Below the pieces are notes generated by a model that had not been told where the DNA came from, did no database searches, and was given only the letters and a program-made list of their open reading frames with translations. Below, in pieces: positions 52,887-63,194 of a DNA stretch of 64,000 nucleotides. The translations under genes and the position numbers were made by a program. This DNA comes from a virus (lineage: Duplodnaviria > Heunggongvirae > Uroviricota > Caudoviricetes). Numbering within the stretch: position 1 is the stretch's first letter; each line of letters opens with the position of its first letter. The DNA is taken from IMG/VR virus record IMGVR_UViG_2565956721_000002; one strand, given 5' to 3'.

Positions 52887-53774
52887 ATGACCACTATTAC
52901 CAAAGAGCGACTGCTGACAATCAGGCAGTGGCGCGAAACATACGGACCTGGTAGCAACGTTGTACTGCCAGCAGAAGAAGCGGAAGAACTGGCACGAATT
53001 GCTCTGGCATCGCTGGAGCAGAATGTACTATCGGGCAACTCTCCGCTTATTCCTGGTGAAGTGTTGTCCGCAATCCGGGAGGTTGCCAGGATTCGTGCCG
53101 ATTTCGATGATTTTGACGGTGACAGGCGAGGTATCGGTGATTGTCTGGATGAGGCCGAGCAAGAGCTTATCGTTACCATTAACAAATATGCCAGTCAGTT
53201 GGCAGCAGAACCGATAGCGACTAATGACGTTCGAGAGCAAACAGCCGTTCCGCCAATACAGGCTGATGTCGCGCAAGCAATTGAAAATCTCAAGCAGAAG
53301 TTAGTGGAATGCAATCGCTATAACTACTGCGCAGATGCAGTGAAGAACGTAGAGGATGCCTGCCGTGCTGTTAGCTATAGCCAAGCCGACAATCAGCCAG
53401 CATCTGGCAACCAGGCTGCCGAATCCAATCGCGGTAATGAGTGGACTGGCAATCCTGATATTGATAACGCCATCATCATGCTCGACCGCATAGATACGCT
53501 GGAAAATTGCGATGATGACCGTATTGAGGCTGTTAAGGCTGTTTTGCGTAGACTGGCTGGCAACTCTCCGGTAACTCCGGATAGTTGGATAAGCTGTAGT
53601 GAGCGAATGCCCGCTCAAGATGATTGGATTTTAATTTATTCAAAGCACGGCGAGTATATGGCAGGCCAGGTGCAAGGGGAATACGTGGAGTTGAGCGACG
53701 GCACTTTATCGTGGTTAGGGAACGCCTTGTTCTGGATGCCGCTACCAGAACCGCCGCAGGAGGTGAATCAATGA
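52887..53774 (+). CDS. DUF551-type prophage protein (295 aa)
   Basis: C-terminal WISCSERMP...WLGNALFWMPLPEPP resembles DUF551 of lambdoid ead/ea22 regions. Confidence 0.45.
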   Translation: MTTITKERLLTIRQWRETYGPGSNVVLPAEEAEELARIALASLEQNVLSGNSPLIPGEVLSAIREVARIRADFDDFDGDRRGIGDCLDEAEQELIVTINKYASQLAAEPIATNDVREQTAVPPIQADVAQAIENLKQKLVECNRYNYCADAVKNVEDACRAVSYSQADNQPASGNQAAESNRGNEWTGNPDIDNAIIMLDRIDTLENCDDDRIEAVKAVLRRLAGNSPVTPDSWISCSERMPAQDDWILIYSKHGEYMAGQVQGEYVELSDGTLSWLGNALFWMPLPEPPQEVNQ

Positions 53775-53838
53775 GCTGGCCTGAAGCATTCACCACGGTA
53801 GGAATTGTGATGGCGGCAGCACTGGGTTTGTATTCAAT

Positions 53839-54090
53839 TTGTCGCTGGTGGTAACGATGGGAAAAATAACTTTTGTAGTCGAATTTGAGGATGGCAAAGA
53901 GCCACCTGTTAGCGCCAATCTTGATGTTGCTGGTGGCAGGCTTGTTTCGGTTCTATTTGGTGACTACCGAGATGACTTCTTCCAACCAGAAGAAGTTGAT
54001 GTAGTGCGAGAGGCATTAAACGAGTTAAGTGTTGATAACGATGATGCTCATGCGGAAATCATCCAAAAAATGGAACTGCTAACTCACTAA
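53839..54090 (+). CDS. small hypothetical protein (83 aa)
   Basis: ORF only. Confidence 0.3.
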   Translation: MSLVVTMGKITFVVEFEDGKEPPVSANLDVAGGRLVSVLFGDYRDDFFQPEEVDVVREALNELSVDNDDAHAEIIQKMELLTH

Positions 54091-54268
54091 ATTATCAATT
54101 ATGGTGCTATCACCTACGACACCGAGAGAAAATTTATAATGTCAAAAGTAAATGTTTTGATTTTTTCAGCAATTGTTGGCTTTGGTTTTACTGCCGGAGT
54201 GCAGATTTATATTACGTGGGAAAAAATCATCAACTACGCATGGAGTTGTTTTATTAAGTGAGGTAAGT

Positions 54269-54562
54269 ATGTGGAGAGGTAATAGTCATGGCAAAAGCCA
54301 GATGATACTTACCGAATATCAGTTTGACCATAAAACCAATAAATCACGTTCAGTATATTTGCTTCGGCACAATAGCCGCGTAAGGAATACCGTGCTGGAG
54401 CAAAATCTGACTGTTGAAATAGATAATTACGGGGGCTTCAAGCCAACAATTTCGCTTGATGATTTTCCTCGTGGTTTAAGCGAAAGAGAAGCAATGCTGA
54501 AATTAGCAGAATGGCTACAAAGATTAAGCATTGCTATTGAAGATAACTGGTCTGAACCTTAA
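54269..54562 (+). CDS. small hypothetical protein (97 aa from internal ATG)
   Basis: RBS gaggtaag before ATG 54269. Confidence 0.3.
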   Translation: MWRGNSHGKSQMILTEYQFDHKTNKSRSVYLLRHNSRVRNTVLEQNLTVEIDNYGGFKPTISLDDFPRGLSEREAMLKLAEWLQRLSIAIEDNWSEP

Positions 54563-54568
54563 ATTTAT

Positions 54569-54943
54569 ATGATGACACTAAAACATTTTCTTGACCGCCC
54601 ATTATGGGCGGCAGCCGCAGGCTATGACTTTAATTATATGGATTGCATGTCTTATACCGCCAATGCATACGACTATTCCTTCAGTCTGCTGCTTAATTCT
54701 TTAAGAATATTGCCGCAAACAGAAGTTGGAGAGCTTCATTTATGGCTATTGGGCTTTATCGCGGCTGGAGTTGGTATTGCTGTATGGCCTTTTATTTTCT
54801 GGCTGGTGGCTGTTGTAGTGTGGTTTAAGTGCAAGACGTACCGGAGAAAGTATTTCTTAGGTGATGGAATGACTGATATTGCCAAAATGAACATTGAAAA
54901 ATGGACTAAGGAATGTGAAAAGAAATGGCGCAAAAAGAAATGA
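54569..54943 (+). CDS. membrane protein (124 aa)
   Basis: Two hydrophobic helices. Confidence 0.35.
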   Translation: MMTLKHFLDRPLWAAAAGYDFNYMDCMSYTANAYDYSFSLLLNSLRILPQTEVGELHLWLLGFIAAGVGIAVWPFIFWLVAVVVWFKCKTYRRKYFLGDGMTDIAKMNIEKWTKECEKKWRKKK

Positions 54944-55857
54944 CCAGAATCACTGAAGAGCGTATATCAGAGATTATTTCCCGTATCGAAATGTATGGTC
55001 ACGGTGCTGGATATACGGCAGATGAAGTATTGGCACTTGCCCAAATGGCTTTGGCGGCTTGCAAAGATGATAAAAAAATGAAGTTTATCGACTTGTTAGT
55101 GAAGGAACTGCCTAAGTGCGGCGGGTGGCCTGATGGAATGAGTTATTGTTACCTACCCAGTGTCAATTTAATGGCACCATGCGCGACTTTTGCTTTTGGC
55201 TCAGACCACAAAAAAGACACTTTCTTTGGGCGCAATTTTTGTTGTGAGATTGAGCTTCCAATTGGTGACCTTGATAGCGATGAATACCAGTCAGTTGTCA
55301 CTCGCGAACAATACGAATCAGCTCTCATAGCGTCGCAGAAAGTCGAGTTCAATGGTGATGAACTTGAAAGTAAGACTTACAGGTTGGATTTTGGGCAATG
55401 GCTGGAACAGCAACGCGGGAAAATCGATGTGGACTGTGGTTGTGTGTCCACTGAAACATTCATGCACTGGCTGCGGGTAGCTTACGAGGCTGGCAACTAT
55501 CCGGATATTCCGGATAGTTCGGTGCCAGCACCAGGAAAGGGCGTCACCGGTGAACGTATCCGAATTAAGCCGCATGTTTATCGCGAACTGGTTAACCGTC
55601 TCCACGATACAGCGATCAAGTGTGCTGGCACCCAGCAATTACGAGAAAGAATTAGCCGTGTTTTGGGCGACGTTATTACACCAGATCATCATAAACAAGC
55701 CGAGAAAAGTGGCCTGGAAAGGTGTCACCTTGAGGCGGCATTAAACATTAAGCCGGGGCATACGCTTGGCATTATTGATGCACTATTGGTTCATAAGATG
55801 GCCAGGGCTTTATTGCCGCTGGTGGATGCTGGCGATACAAGCGAGGGTGAAGTATGA
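54925..55857 (+). CDS. hypothetical protein (310 aa)
   Basis: ORF overlapping neighbours. Confidence 0.4.
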   Translation: MAQKEMTRITEERISEIISRIEMYGHGAGYTADEVLALAQMALAACKDDKKMKFIDLLVKELPKCGGWPDGMSYCYLPSVNLMAPCATFAFGSDHKKDTFFGRNFCCEIELPIGDLDSDEYQSVVTREQYESALIASQKVEFNGDELESKTYRLDFGQWLEQQRGKIDVDCGCVSTETFMHWLRVAYEAGNYPDIPDSSVPAPGKGVTGERIRIKPHVYRELVNRLHDTAIKCAGTQQLRERISRVLGDVITPDHHKQAEKSGLERCHLEAALNIKPGHTLGIIDALLVHKMARALLPLVDAGDTSEGEV

Positions 55858-56216
55858 GAGTTGCAGATCACATCAAACACCTTGAAAGAATTATCGAAAA
55901 CGGTGAACTCTTAAGAGATCAGATGAGACGCACGGCAGAAGTCAGAGAGGCGATAATCCGCAGTCAGGCTGGTAAATTAAAGCAATTATCAGAGATTAAC
56001 GCGCTATACAAGAACAGACGTAACCGGGCGGCGCTGCGGCTTCAGAAAGCACGTAATGAAATTAAATTGGTGGAGGCAAAACTGAAAAAACAGATTCAGC
56101 GTTACGATCAGCAAGATGCTTTTTATGCCGCCATCAAGGCGGCTGCTAATGAAATAGGCATCTGGAAGTTGCTGGTGGAGAAAGCAAAGACGAAGTTAAA
56201 TGCCAACGAAAGCTGA
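55854..56216 (+). CDS. coiled-coil protein (120 aa)
   Basis: Heptad-rich, basic. Confidence 0.35.
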   Translation: MRVADHIKHLERIIENGELLRDQMRRTAEVREAIIRSQAGKLKQLSEINALYKNRRNRAALRLQKARNEIKLVEAKLKKQIQRYDQQDAFYAAIKAAANEIGIWKLLVEKAKTKLNANES

Positions 56217-56877
56217 ACTACAGGTACCCACCAGCACATACAGAAAATGATTGTTTCCACATCAAGGAGATTTTAATGTTTCACTGAACATTAAGTAAGC
56301 CAGTGCATAATTCCATTTTTTACTGACCTTAAAAGCAAAATCAAAACGATGATGAGGATGATCGCCAGAATCTGGCTAATAACAGGCGCATCTAAAAATG
56401 CACTCAGGAACTGAAAAAAAGCAGTCATTAAGGTGGTTCCTTGTCAAATGTAAAGGAGCACTTGCTCACGTTGACGTAGAAACCCAACCCCTATATAGTT
56501 GGATTCGGTGAAAGAAAGTCGTTAACGTGAGCTTACGGCACATGTTTTCGGAACAACATCAGGGAACGGCTAATTCCTTGATGCGGATGGGGTCTGTAAT
56601 GCAGACCCTATCTATTAACGTCATGATTGCATCTCAAATTTTCTCCTTATCTTCATTAATCAAAATTCATTTCATTTGTGAAACATCACAATATTTAGAA
56701 AATGGCCCTCTTGCAAGTGCATAACTTTGTGGATAAATCAGGAAGAAAAAAGTTGATTCTGCGCACGGCAAGGCAGATAAGCTGTGCACAAAAATCAATG
56801 GGAAAAGAAAAAAAATTAAAAGTTACTTTGCTGGTTAAATAATAGTCGTTACGCAATTGTTCTGGATGGGATTTGAT

Positions 56878-57129
56878 ATGCACGATTGGAATATTGCAGC
56901 TAAAAGTCAGGAAGAACGGGATAAGGTTAACGTTGATCTGGCTGCCAGCGGTGTGGCGTACAAAGAGCGATTGAACATACCTGTCATAGCTGAACAGGTA
57001 GCCCGCGAGCAACCAGAGAATCTGCGCACCTATTTCATGGAACGGTTACGGCACTATCGGCAGTTAAGCCTCCAGTTGCCAAAAGGGAGCGATCCGGTGT
57101 ATCAGAACGAGGATGCACCAAAAAAATAA
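56878..57129 (+). CDS. hot: homologue of DNA polymerase III theta subunit (83 aa from internal Met)
   Basis: [33 protein letters not shown] closely resembles E. coli HolE. Confidence 0.75.
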   Translation: MHDWNIAAKSQEERDKVNVDLAASGVAYKERLNIPVIAEQVAREQPENLRTYFMERLRHYRQLSLQLPKGSDPVYQNEDAPKK

Positions 57130-57216
57130 CGGCAAGATGGGGGAGAAATGTGATTAGCCCCCAGCGTGGCGCGCCTACAAACCCCGCTTTCACAAACTAT
57201 GCCTTTTCAATGTATA

Positions 57217-57232
57217 CTGTATGAATAAACAG
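57217..57232 (+). promoter_or_regulatory. LexA (SOS) box upstream of humD
   Basis: ctgtatgaataaacag fits CTGT-N8-ACAG. Confidence 0.6.
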
Positions 57233-57252
57233 TATTATTGAGGTAAAACGCT

Positions 57253-57642
57253 ATGGGCTTCCCTTCTCCTGCGGCGGATTATGTTGAAAGCCGAATTTCT
57301 CTTGATCAGCAGATAATTAGACATCCTTCAGCGACCTACTTCATGCGGGCAGCTGATAGCCATCACCGTGAGGGAATATTGCAGGGTGCTTTGCTGGTGG
57401 TTGATTCCTCGCTTACTCCGGTTGATGGTTCTCTGCTTGTGTGCGCTATGGAGGGTGAATATCGCATAAAGAGATACAGGAAGTATCCGCGCCAGCACCT
57501 GGAGGACTTAAGCACCGGGAAGAAAGAGGCGTTACCAGTAGATGACGATGGATACACGGGCAGTAATGCTGTTTTTGGTGTGATCACTCATGTCATCAAT
57601 GATGCCCGAAGTGGGGAATTTGATGATTGTCCGGTTATTTAA
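57253..57642 (+). CDS. humD: UmuD'-like S24 peptidase-family protein (129 aa)
   Basis: LexA/UmuD C-domain pattern; SOS box upstream. Confidence 0.75.
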   Translation: MGFPSPAADYVESRISLDQQIIRHPSATYFMRAADSHHREGILQGALLVVDSSLTPVDGSLLVCAMEGEYRIKRYRKYPRQHLEDLSTGKKEALPVDDDGYTGSNAVFGVITHVINDARSGEFDDCPVI

Positions 57643-57714
57643 GCTGCAAAGTGCTGGTGCTTTATGCCTGTGAAGTTTATAATTGTGTACACATAACGAG
57701 TACACGAGGTGTTT

Positions 57715-57936
57715 ATGCAATCCATTAACTTCCGTACCGCGCGTGGCAACCTTTCTGAAGTGCTCAACAATGTTGAAGCCGGGGAAGAGGTTGAAATCAC
57801 CCGCAGGGGCCGTGAGCCAGCAGTAATTGTCAGCAAGGCTACTTTCGAAGCCTACAAAAAAGCGGCGCTGGATGCTGAATTTGCATCCCTGTTTGACACC
57901 CTGGACTCCACCAACAAGGAACTGGTTAACCGATAA
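57715..57936 (+). CDS. phd: antitoxin Phd (73 aa)
   Basis: [32 protein letters not shown]... recognised as P1 Phd. Confidence 0.9.
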
Positions 57937-58316
57937 TGAGGCATATATCACCGGAAGAACTTATTGCGCTTCATGATGCGAATATAAGCCGCTACGGCGG
58001 CCTGCCGGGAATGTCAGATCCGGGTAGGGCAGAGGCCATTATCGGGAGAGTTCAGGCCAGAGTTGCCTACGAAGAGATCACCGACCTTTTCGAAGTCTCC
58101 GCCACCTACCTGGTGGCTACGGCGAGAGGGCATATATTCAATGATGCCAATAAGCGTACCGCGCTAAACAGTGCGCTGCTATTTCTACGCCGTAACGGGG
58201 TGCAGGTATTTGATTCACCTGAACTGGCAGACCTTACTGTAGGCGCTGCGACTGGTGAAATCGCCGTATCTTCAGTAGCAGAAAAGCTACGTGAACTATA
58301 TGGTTCCAAGACTTGA
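57936..58316 (+). CDS. doc: toxin Doc (Fic-family kinase, 126 aa)
   Basis: Recognised as P1 Doc; start overlaps phd stop. Confidence 0.9.
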
Positions 58317-58335
58317 GTAGTGGAGTTACGAAACA

Positions 58336-58611
58336 ATGTCGAAAATTAACTTAAGAACCGAATCTGCGGTGTTCAAGAATCCTACGTTTAACGTACCCAA
58401 ACAAACGCTTGATGAACTTGTGCCGATTGATAGCAGGTTTGTTATTCCTGCGGAACTGGTCGAGAACTGCAAAGAGAAGCAAAAGTCGTTAAAGGAAATA
58501 TCGCCTTCTGAAATCCTCTCCCGCAGTGATGTAAGTAAGGAGGAGGTTTTAAGGGCGATATCTGCATCTACTGCTACCACGCTACGTAGATTGTATGGTT
58601 CTGCGGAGTAG
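58336..58611 (+). CDS. hypothetical protein (91 aa)
   Basis: ORF after doc. Confidence 0.35.
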   Translation: MSKINLRTESAVFKNPTFNVPKQTLDELVPIDSRFVIPAELVENCKEKQKSLKEISPSEILSRSDVSKEEVLRAISASTATTLRRLYGSAE

Positions 58612-58795
58612 ATTAATGGCACGCAAATACAACAAATTGTCCCGTGAAGCGTTAAAGATGCTTCTTGATGGCGTGAGTCGCCGCAAGGTAAAGCAATACC
58701 TGGTTGGTAAGCAAATTGGAGTCAGGACCGCTATTGCTGTGTTATGCCGTCAGGAAATGGTTGTGCTTAAACAGAGAATGCCGGGCAGCAGATAA
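58595..58795 (+). CDS. small basic protein (66 aa)
   Basis: ORF only. Confidence 0.25.
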   Translation: MVLRSRLMARKYNKLSREALKMLLDGVSRRKVKQYLVGKQIGVRTAIAVLCRQEMVVLKQRMPGSR

Positions 58796-58822
58796 AGCCC
58801 AATCAGTGATGAAAGGTGTGAT

Positions 58823-59866
58823 GTGAAAGCCGTAATTACTCCCTTTGTACAGAAAGAGCTTGGCCTCGCCACGTTCAAAGTGGATCAGGAGGTCAGAAAG
58901 CTGGTGGAGGCTGGCCGTAAATTTATTATGGAGCCGGTGCCGCGTGAGTTAATCGAGCACATGGAAGACGGCCTCGTTGTTACCGAGCAAACCATGGCAA
59001 CAAATGAGGCGTTGCAGCCGTTTTTTAACAGCGATGAACTGTTTCGCCGTATTGGCGGAATTGACGCGCTGGTGGCGTGGTTGCGTAGGAAAGAGGGTCA
59101 ATGCCAGGCCGCAGATCGTAGTTGGTGTGACAATCATATTGTCCACGCTGAACGAGACAATAGCGCGGTGTTGTTGTGCTGGCATCACGATAACCATTAC
59201 CGGATGCGTGGTTTTAATGAGCTGAAAGAAACGCTGCACAATAATCGCGTTAACTGGATACTGGATGTCGCCCGTCAGGAAATGGGCCTTTCAAATAGCC
59301 ATGATTTAAGTATTCAGGAGCTGTGCTGGTGGGCTTTCATGCGCAACATGATGCACCTGATGCCGGAAGAAGTCTGCCGCATATCAATAAATAAGATGAA
59401 GGCTACTCCGCAGGATAGCGGACCTCTGAAAGAGGCGGATATTCGCCCGTATGACGATCGCGCTACAGCATATGTTCAGATGATGGAAGAACGCGCCGCG
59501 CCGATGCGTGCAAAAGTATGCCCTGTGGATGTTGACTCCGACCCTGGCATGGCGCATTTCAAAATACCAAAACTGCGATCGCTAAAATTACCTGAGTACA
59601 TGGACTTTGTTGCTTCCCGTCCGTGCTGTGGGTGTGGAGCTGCGGGAGCTGGCGCTCACATTACGCCTTATATCGTTCGTCATAGTCGATTATGCGCGCA
59701 TGACATTTACGCAATTCCTCTGTGCCAGTCATGCCAGCGTGATATTGAGCGTGACCGCGATAATTGGGAGAAGACGCACGGTAGGTTGGCGATGCATCAA
59801 CGATTGTTCTTTGATTACGCGCTTGGAGTGGGCGTTATCACAAGTCATTCGTCGAGTGTTAGATAA
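58823..59866 (+). CDS. hypothetical Cys-rich protein (347 aa)
   Basis: C-terminal Cys/His cluster ([13 protein letters not shown]...LCAHD...CQSCQ) suggests metal binding. Confidence 0.4.
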   Translation: MKAVITPFVQKELGLATFKVDQEVRKLVEAGRKFIMEPVPRELIEHMEDGLVVTEQTMATNEALQPFFNSDELFRRIGGIDALVAWLRRKEGQCQAADRSWCDNHIVHAERDNSAVLLCWHHDNHYRMRGFNELKETLHNNRVNWILDVARQEMGLSNSHDLSIQELCWWAFMRNMMHLMPEEVCRISINKMKATPQDSGPLKEADIRPYDDRATAYVQMMEERAAPMRAKVCPVDVDSDPGMAHFKIPKLRSLKLPEYMDFVASRPCCGCGAAGAGAHITPYIVRHSRLCAHDIYAIPLCQSCQRDIERDRDNWEKTHGRLAMHQRLFFDYALGVGVITSHSSSVR

Positions 59867-59867
59867 A

Positions 59868-59884
59868 ATTGCTCTAATGTATTG
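59868..59884 (+). promoter_or_regulatory. C1 repressor operator upstream of lpa
   Basis: aattgctctaatgtatt. Confidence 0.6.
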
Positions 59885-59954
59885 CTATTTCTTTAATCGA
59901 GGGTATTATATTCCACGTTGATTAGTTGACATGGGCTAATCAGTAGGTGACAGG

Positions 59955-60407
59955 ATGTTACTTAACTGGCAGGGACGCCACTTCATGGAAATAAATCACT
60001 CACGAATAACATCGTACGAGATTGCGGATTACATGATCCGCACTAAATCTCTTCTATCAGCGAAAGAACTCGCAGCAATTCTTGAAAAGGAATACCCGCA
60101 TCTGGATGTCGATAAGCGCGATGTTTATCTGCGCTTAAAGGCTATCGCTGTGTCTAAGTATTCGTCTGTTTTGATAGATGACAGTACACGCCCACGTAGA
60201 TTTCAGATCCACTCTCTGAATCCTGAATTCTTTCGCCGTAGCCGCGCTCCGCGCCGGTTTGATGAAAAACTCCAGAACGAACTCTATATGACGCAGGACG
60301 AAAAGGAACGCCGGGAGCACCAGCCTTGGGTAATGGCGCGTCAACTTTTCAATAAGGTGGCCCGTCAGCACCGTCATTACGGTAATGCCACATCCGCACG
60401 TATCTGA
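59955..60407 (+). CDS. lpa: late promoter activator candidate (150 aa)
   Basis: Position between C1 operator and pacA; size; sequence not independently recognised. Confidence 0.5.
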   Translation: MLLNWQGRHFMEINHSRITSYEIADYMIRTKSLLSAKELAAILEKEYPHLDVDKRDVYLRLKAIAVSKYSSVLIDDSTRPRRFQIHSLNPEFFRRSRAPRRFDEKLQNELYMTQDEKERREHQPWVMARQLFNKVARQHRHYGNATSARI

Positions 60408-60492
60408 TTGATTGCTTGCCCGTTCCGGGCCTTTTGACATGTGACTTTCGTTACCCTCGCGTCAAAAAGAGTTTTTACGAAAGGAAGCATAA

Positions 60493-61686
60493 GTGACCTG
60501 GGACGATCACAAGAAGAATTTTGCTCGCCTGGCGCGAGATGGTGGTTACACCATCGCACAGTATGCCGCCGAGTTTAATCTTAACCCTAATACCGCACGT
60601 CGTTATCTCCGTGCCTTCAAAGAAGACACCAGGACTACGGACAGCCGCAAGTCAAATAAGCCAGTCAGGAAGCCACTAAAAAGCATGATCATTGATCACT
60701 CTAATGATCAACATGCAGGTGATCACATTTCGGCTGAAATAGCGGAAAAACAAAGAGTTAATGCCGTTGTCAGTGCCGCAGTCGAGAATGCGAAGCGCCA
60801 AAATAAGCGCATAAATGATCGTTCAGATGATCATGACGTGATCACCCGCGCCCACCGGACCTTACGTGATCGCCTGGAACGCGACACCCTGGATGATGAT
60901 GGTGAACGCTTTGAATTCGAAGCTGGCGATTACCTGATAGATAACGTTGAAGCGCGGAAGGCCGCGCGCGCTATGTTGCGTCGGTCCGGGGCCGATGTTC
61001 TGGAAACCACTCTTCTGGAAAAGTCTCTTTCTCATCTCCTTATGCTGGAGAACGCCAGGGATACGTGTATTCGCCTGGTGCAGGAAATGCGCGATCAGCA
61101 AAAAGACGATGATGAAGGTACTCCGCCTGAATACCGTATCGCGAGCATGCTAAACAGCTGTTCCGCGCAGATAAGCAGCCTGATCAACACCATTTACAGC
61201 ATCCGGAATAACTATCGAAAAGAAAGCCGGGAGGCGGAAAAGCACGCTTTGTCTATGGGGCAAGCTGGCATTGTTAAGCTGGCATACGAACGAAAGCGTG
61301 AAAATAACTGGTCAGTGCTGGAAGCAGCTGAATTCATCGAGGCGCATGGCGGGAAAGTGCCGCCCCTGATGCTGGAGCAAATCAAAGCCGATCTGCGTGC
61401 TCCTAAGACCAATACCGATGATGAGGAAAGGCAAACAGCCGTCGGTGGCCCTTCTCTTGAAGATCTGGACAAAGTTGCGCGAGAACGGGCCGCCAACCGC
61501 CGCGCCGATGCCGCATTGTGGATTGAGCAGCGTAGGGAAGAAATCGCCGATATCGTTGATACAGGCGGTTATGGAGATGTTGATACTGAAGGTGTATCAA
61601 ACGACCCATGGCTGGAACAAGACCTGGACGAAGACGAGGAGGAAGACGAAGAAGTTACCCGCAAGCTATACGGGGATGATGATTAA
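60493..61686 (+). CDS. pacA: terminase small (pac-recognition) subunit PacA (397 aa, GTG start)
   Basis: Contains pac site in 5' region; acidic C-terminus; recognised as P1 PacA. Confidence 0.85.
   Translation: MTWDDHKKNFARLARDGGYTIAQYAAEFNLNPNTARRYLRAFKEDTRTTDSRKSNKPVRKPLKSMIIDHSNDQHAGDHISAEIAEKQRVNAVVSAAVENAKRQNKRINDRSDDHDVITRAHRTLRDRLERDTLDDDGERFEFEAGDYLIDNVEARKAARAMLRRSGADVLETTLLEKSLSHLLMLENARDTCIRLVQEMRDQQKDDDEGTPPEYRIASMLNSCSAQISSLINTIYSIRNNYRKESREAEKHALSMGQAGIVKLAYERKRENNWSVLEAAEFIEAHGGKVPPLMLEQIKADLRAPKTNTDDEERQTAVGGPSLEDLDKVARERAANRRADAALWIEQRREEIADIVDTGGYGDVDTEGVSNDPWLEQDLDEDEEEDEEVTRKLYGDDD
60686..60844 (+). promoter_or_regulatory. pac: pac packaging site (four plus three TGATCA/G hexamers with Dam GATC)
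   Basis: tgatca at 60686, 60693, 60705, 60720 and tgatcg/tgatca at 60816, 60828, 60839. Confidence 0.8.
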
Positions 61687-63170
61687 TGGCCAGAAGTTGC
61701 GTAACGGATCCACGTTGGCGCGAGCTGGTGGCGCTATATCGTTATGACTGGATTGCGGCCGCTGATGTTTTGTTCGGCAAAACACCTACCTGGCAGCAGG
61801 ATCTGATTATTGAGTCTGTGCAGGAACAGGGTAGCAAGACATCTGTTTCGTCTGGTCACGGTACCGGGAAATCAGACATGACTTCTATCATGATCATGTT
61901 GTTCATAATCATGTATCCAGGTGCCCGTGCCATTATCGTTGCGAACAAAATTCAGCAGGTAATGACCGGTATATTCAAGTACATCAAGATAAACTGGGCT
62001 ACTGCCACCAGCCGTTTCCCATGGCTTGCTGATTATTTTGTTCTGACAGAAACCGCTTTCTATGAGATTACTGGTAAAGGTGTATGGACTGTAGTACCGA
62101 AGGGCTTTCGTCTGGGAAGTGAAGAAGCTCTCGCCGGTGAACACGCAGATCATCTTCTGTATATTATCGATGAAGCCTCCGGTGTCAGTGATAGAGCTTT
62201 CGGTATCATCACCGGTGCTCTTACCGGACAGGATAACCGCATCTTATTGCTGTCACAGCCTACACGCCCAAGCGGCTATTTCTACGATACACACCATAAA
62301 CTGGCCAAGCGTCCTGGTAACCCTGATGGCGTTTATACGGCGATCACGCTTAACAGTGAGGAATCACCGTTGGTAACGCCAGCATTTATCAAAATGAAGC
62401 TGGCGGAGTACGGCGGGCGTGATAACCCTATGTACATGATTAAGGTACGCGGCCTATTCCCTAAATCACAGGATGGCTTCCTTCTTGGACGTGATGAGGT
62501 TGAACGTGCAACGCGGCGGAAAGTCAAGATTGCAAAAGGATGGGGCTGGCTTGCATGTGTGGACGTTGCTGGTGGTACGGGACGGGATAAGTCCGTTATC
62601 AATATCATGATGGTGTCCGGCCAGCGAAATAAACGCCGTGTAATCAACTATCGAATGCTGGAATACACAGACGTTACAGAAACGCAGCTTGCCGCCAAAA
62701 TTTTCGCAGAATGTAATCCTGAGCGATTCCCAAATATCACCATAGCGATAGACGGCGATGGCCTGGGTAAAGCAACGGCGGATCTGATGTACGAGTATTA
62801 TGGTATTACCGTACAGCGTATACGCTGGGGTAAAAAGATGCATAGCCGTGAAGATAAGAGCCTGTACTTTGATAAACGTGCTTATGCCAACGTTCAAGCC
62901 GCAGAGGCCGTAAAATCTGGTCGTATGAGACTGGATAAGGGTAATGAAACTATTGAGGAAGCGTCGAAAATCCCTGTAGGGATTAACTCCGCAGGTCAAT
63001 GGAAGGTGATGAGTAAGGAGGATATGAAGAAAAAACTCAACCTGCACTCACCAGACCATTGGGATACATATTGTTTCGCTATGCTGGCTGATTATGTTCC
63101 CCAGGATGAAGTGCTTAGCGTCGAAGACGAAGCGCAGGTTGATGAAGCTCTGGCATGGCTTAATGAATAA
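61686..63170 (+). CDS. pacB: terminase large subunit PacB (494 aa)
   Basis: Follows pacA with overlapping start; recognised as P1 PacB. Confidence 0.8.
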   Translation: MARSCVTDPRWRELVALYRYDWIAAADVLFGKTPTWQQDLIIESVQEQGSKTSVSSGHGTGKSDMTSIMIMLFIIMYPGARAIIVANKIQQVMTGIFKYIKINWATATSRFPWLADYFVLTETAFYEITGKGVWTVVPKGFRLGSEEALAGEHADHLLYIIDEASGVSDRAFGIITGALTGQDNRILLLSQPTRPSGYFYDTHHKLAKRPGNPDGVYTAITLNSEESPLVTPAFIKMKLAEYGGRDNPMYMIKVRGLFPKSQDGFLLGRDEVERATRRKVKIAKGWGWLACVDVAGGTGRDKSVINIMMVSGQRNKRRVINYRMLEYTDVTETQLAAKIFAECNPERFPNITIAIDGDGLGKATADLMYEYYGITVQRIRWGKKMHSREDKSLYFDKRAYANVQAAEAVKSGRMRLDKGNETIEEASKIPVGINSAGQWKVMSKEDMKKKLNLHSPDHWDTYCFAMLADYVPQDEVLSVEDEAQVDEALAWLNE

Positions 63171-63194
63171 CTCATTGACCATGCCGGATAGAAA

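Noticed and set aside
53771-53854. 27-codon hydrophobic ORF overlapping the stop of the DUF551 gene
   Set aside because: Too short and unsupported to call; could be a real membrane peptide but the evidence is only an in-frame ATG.
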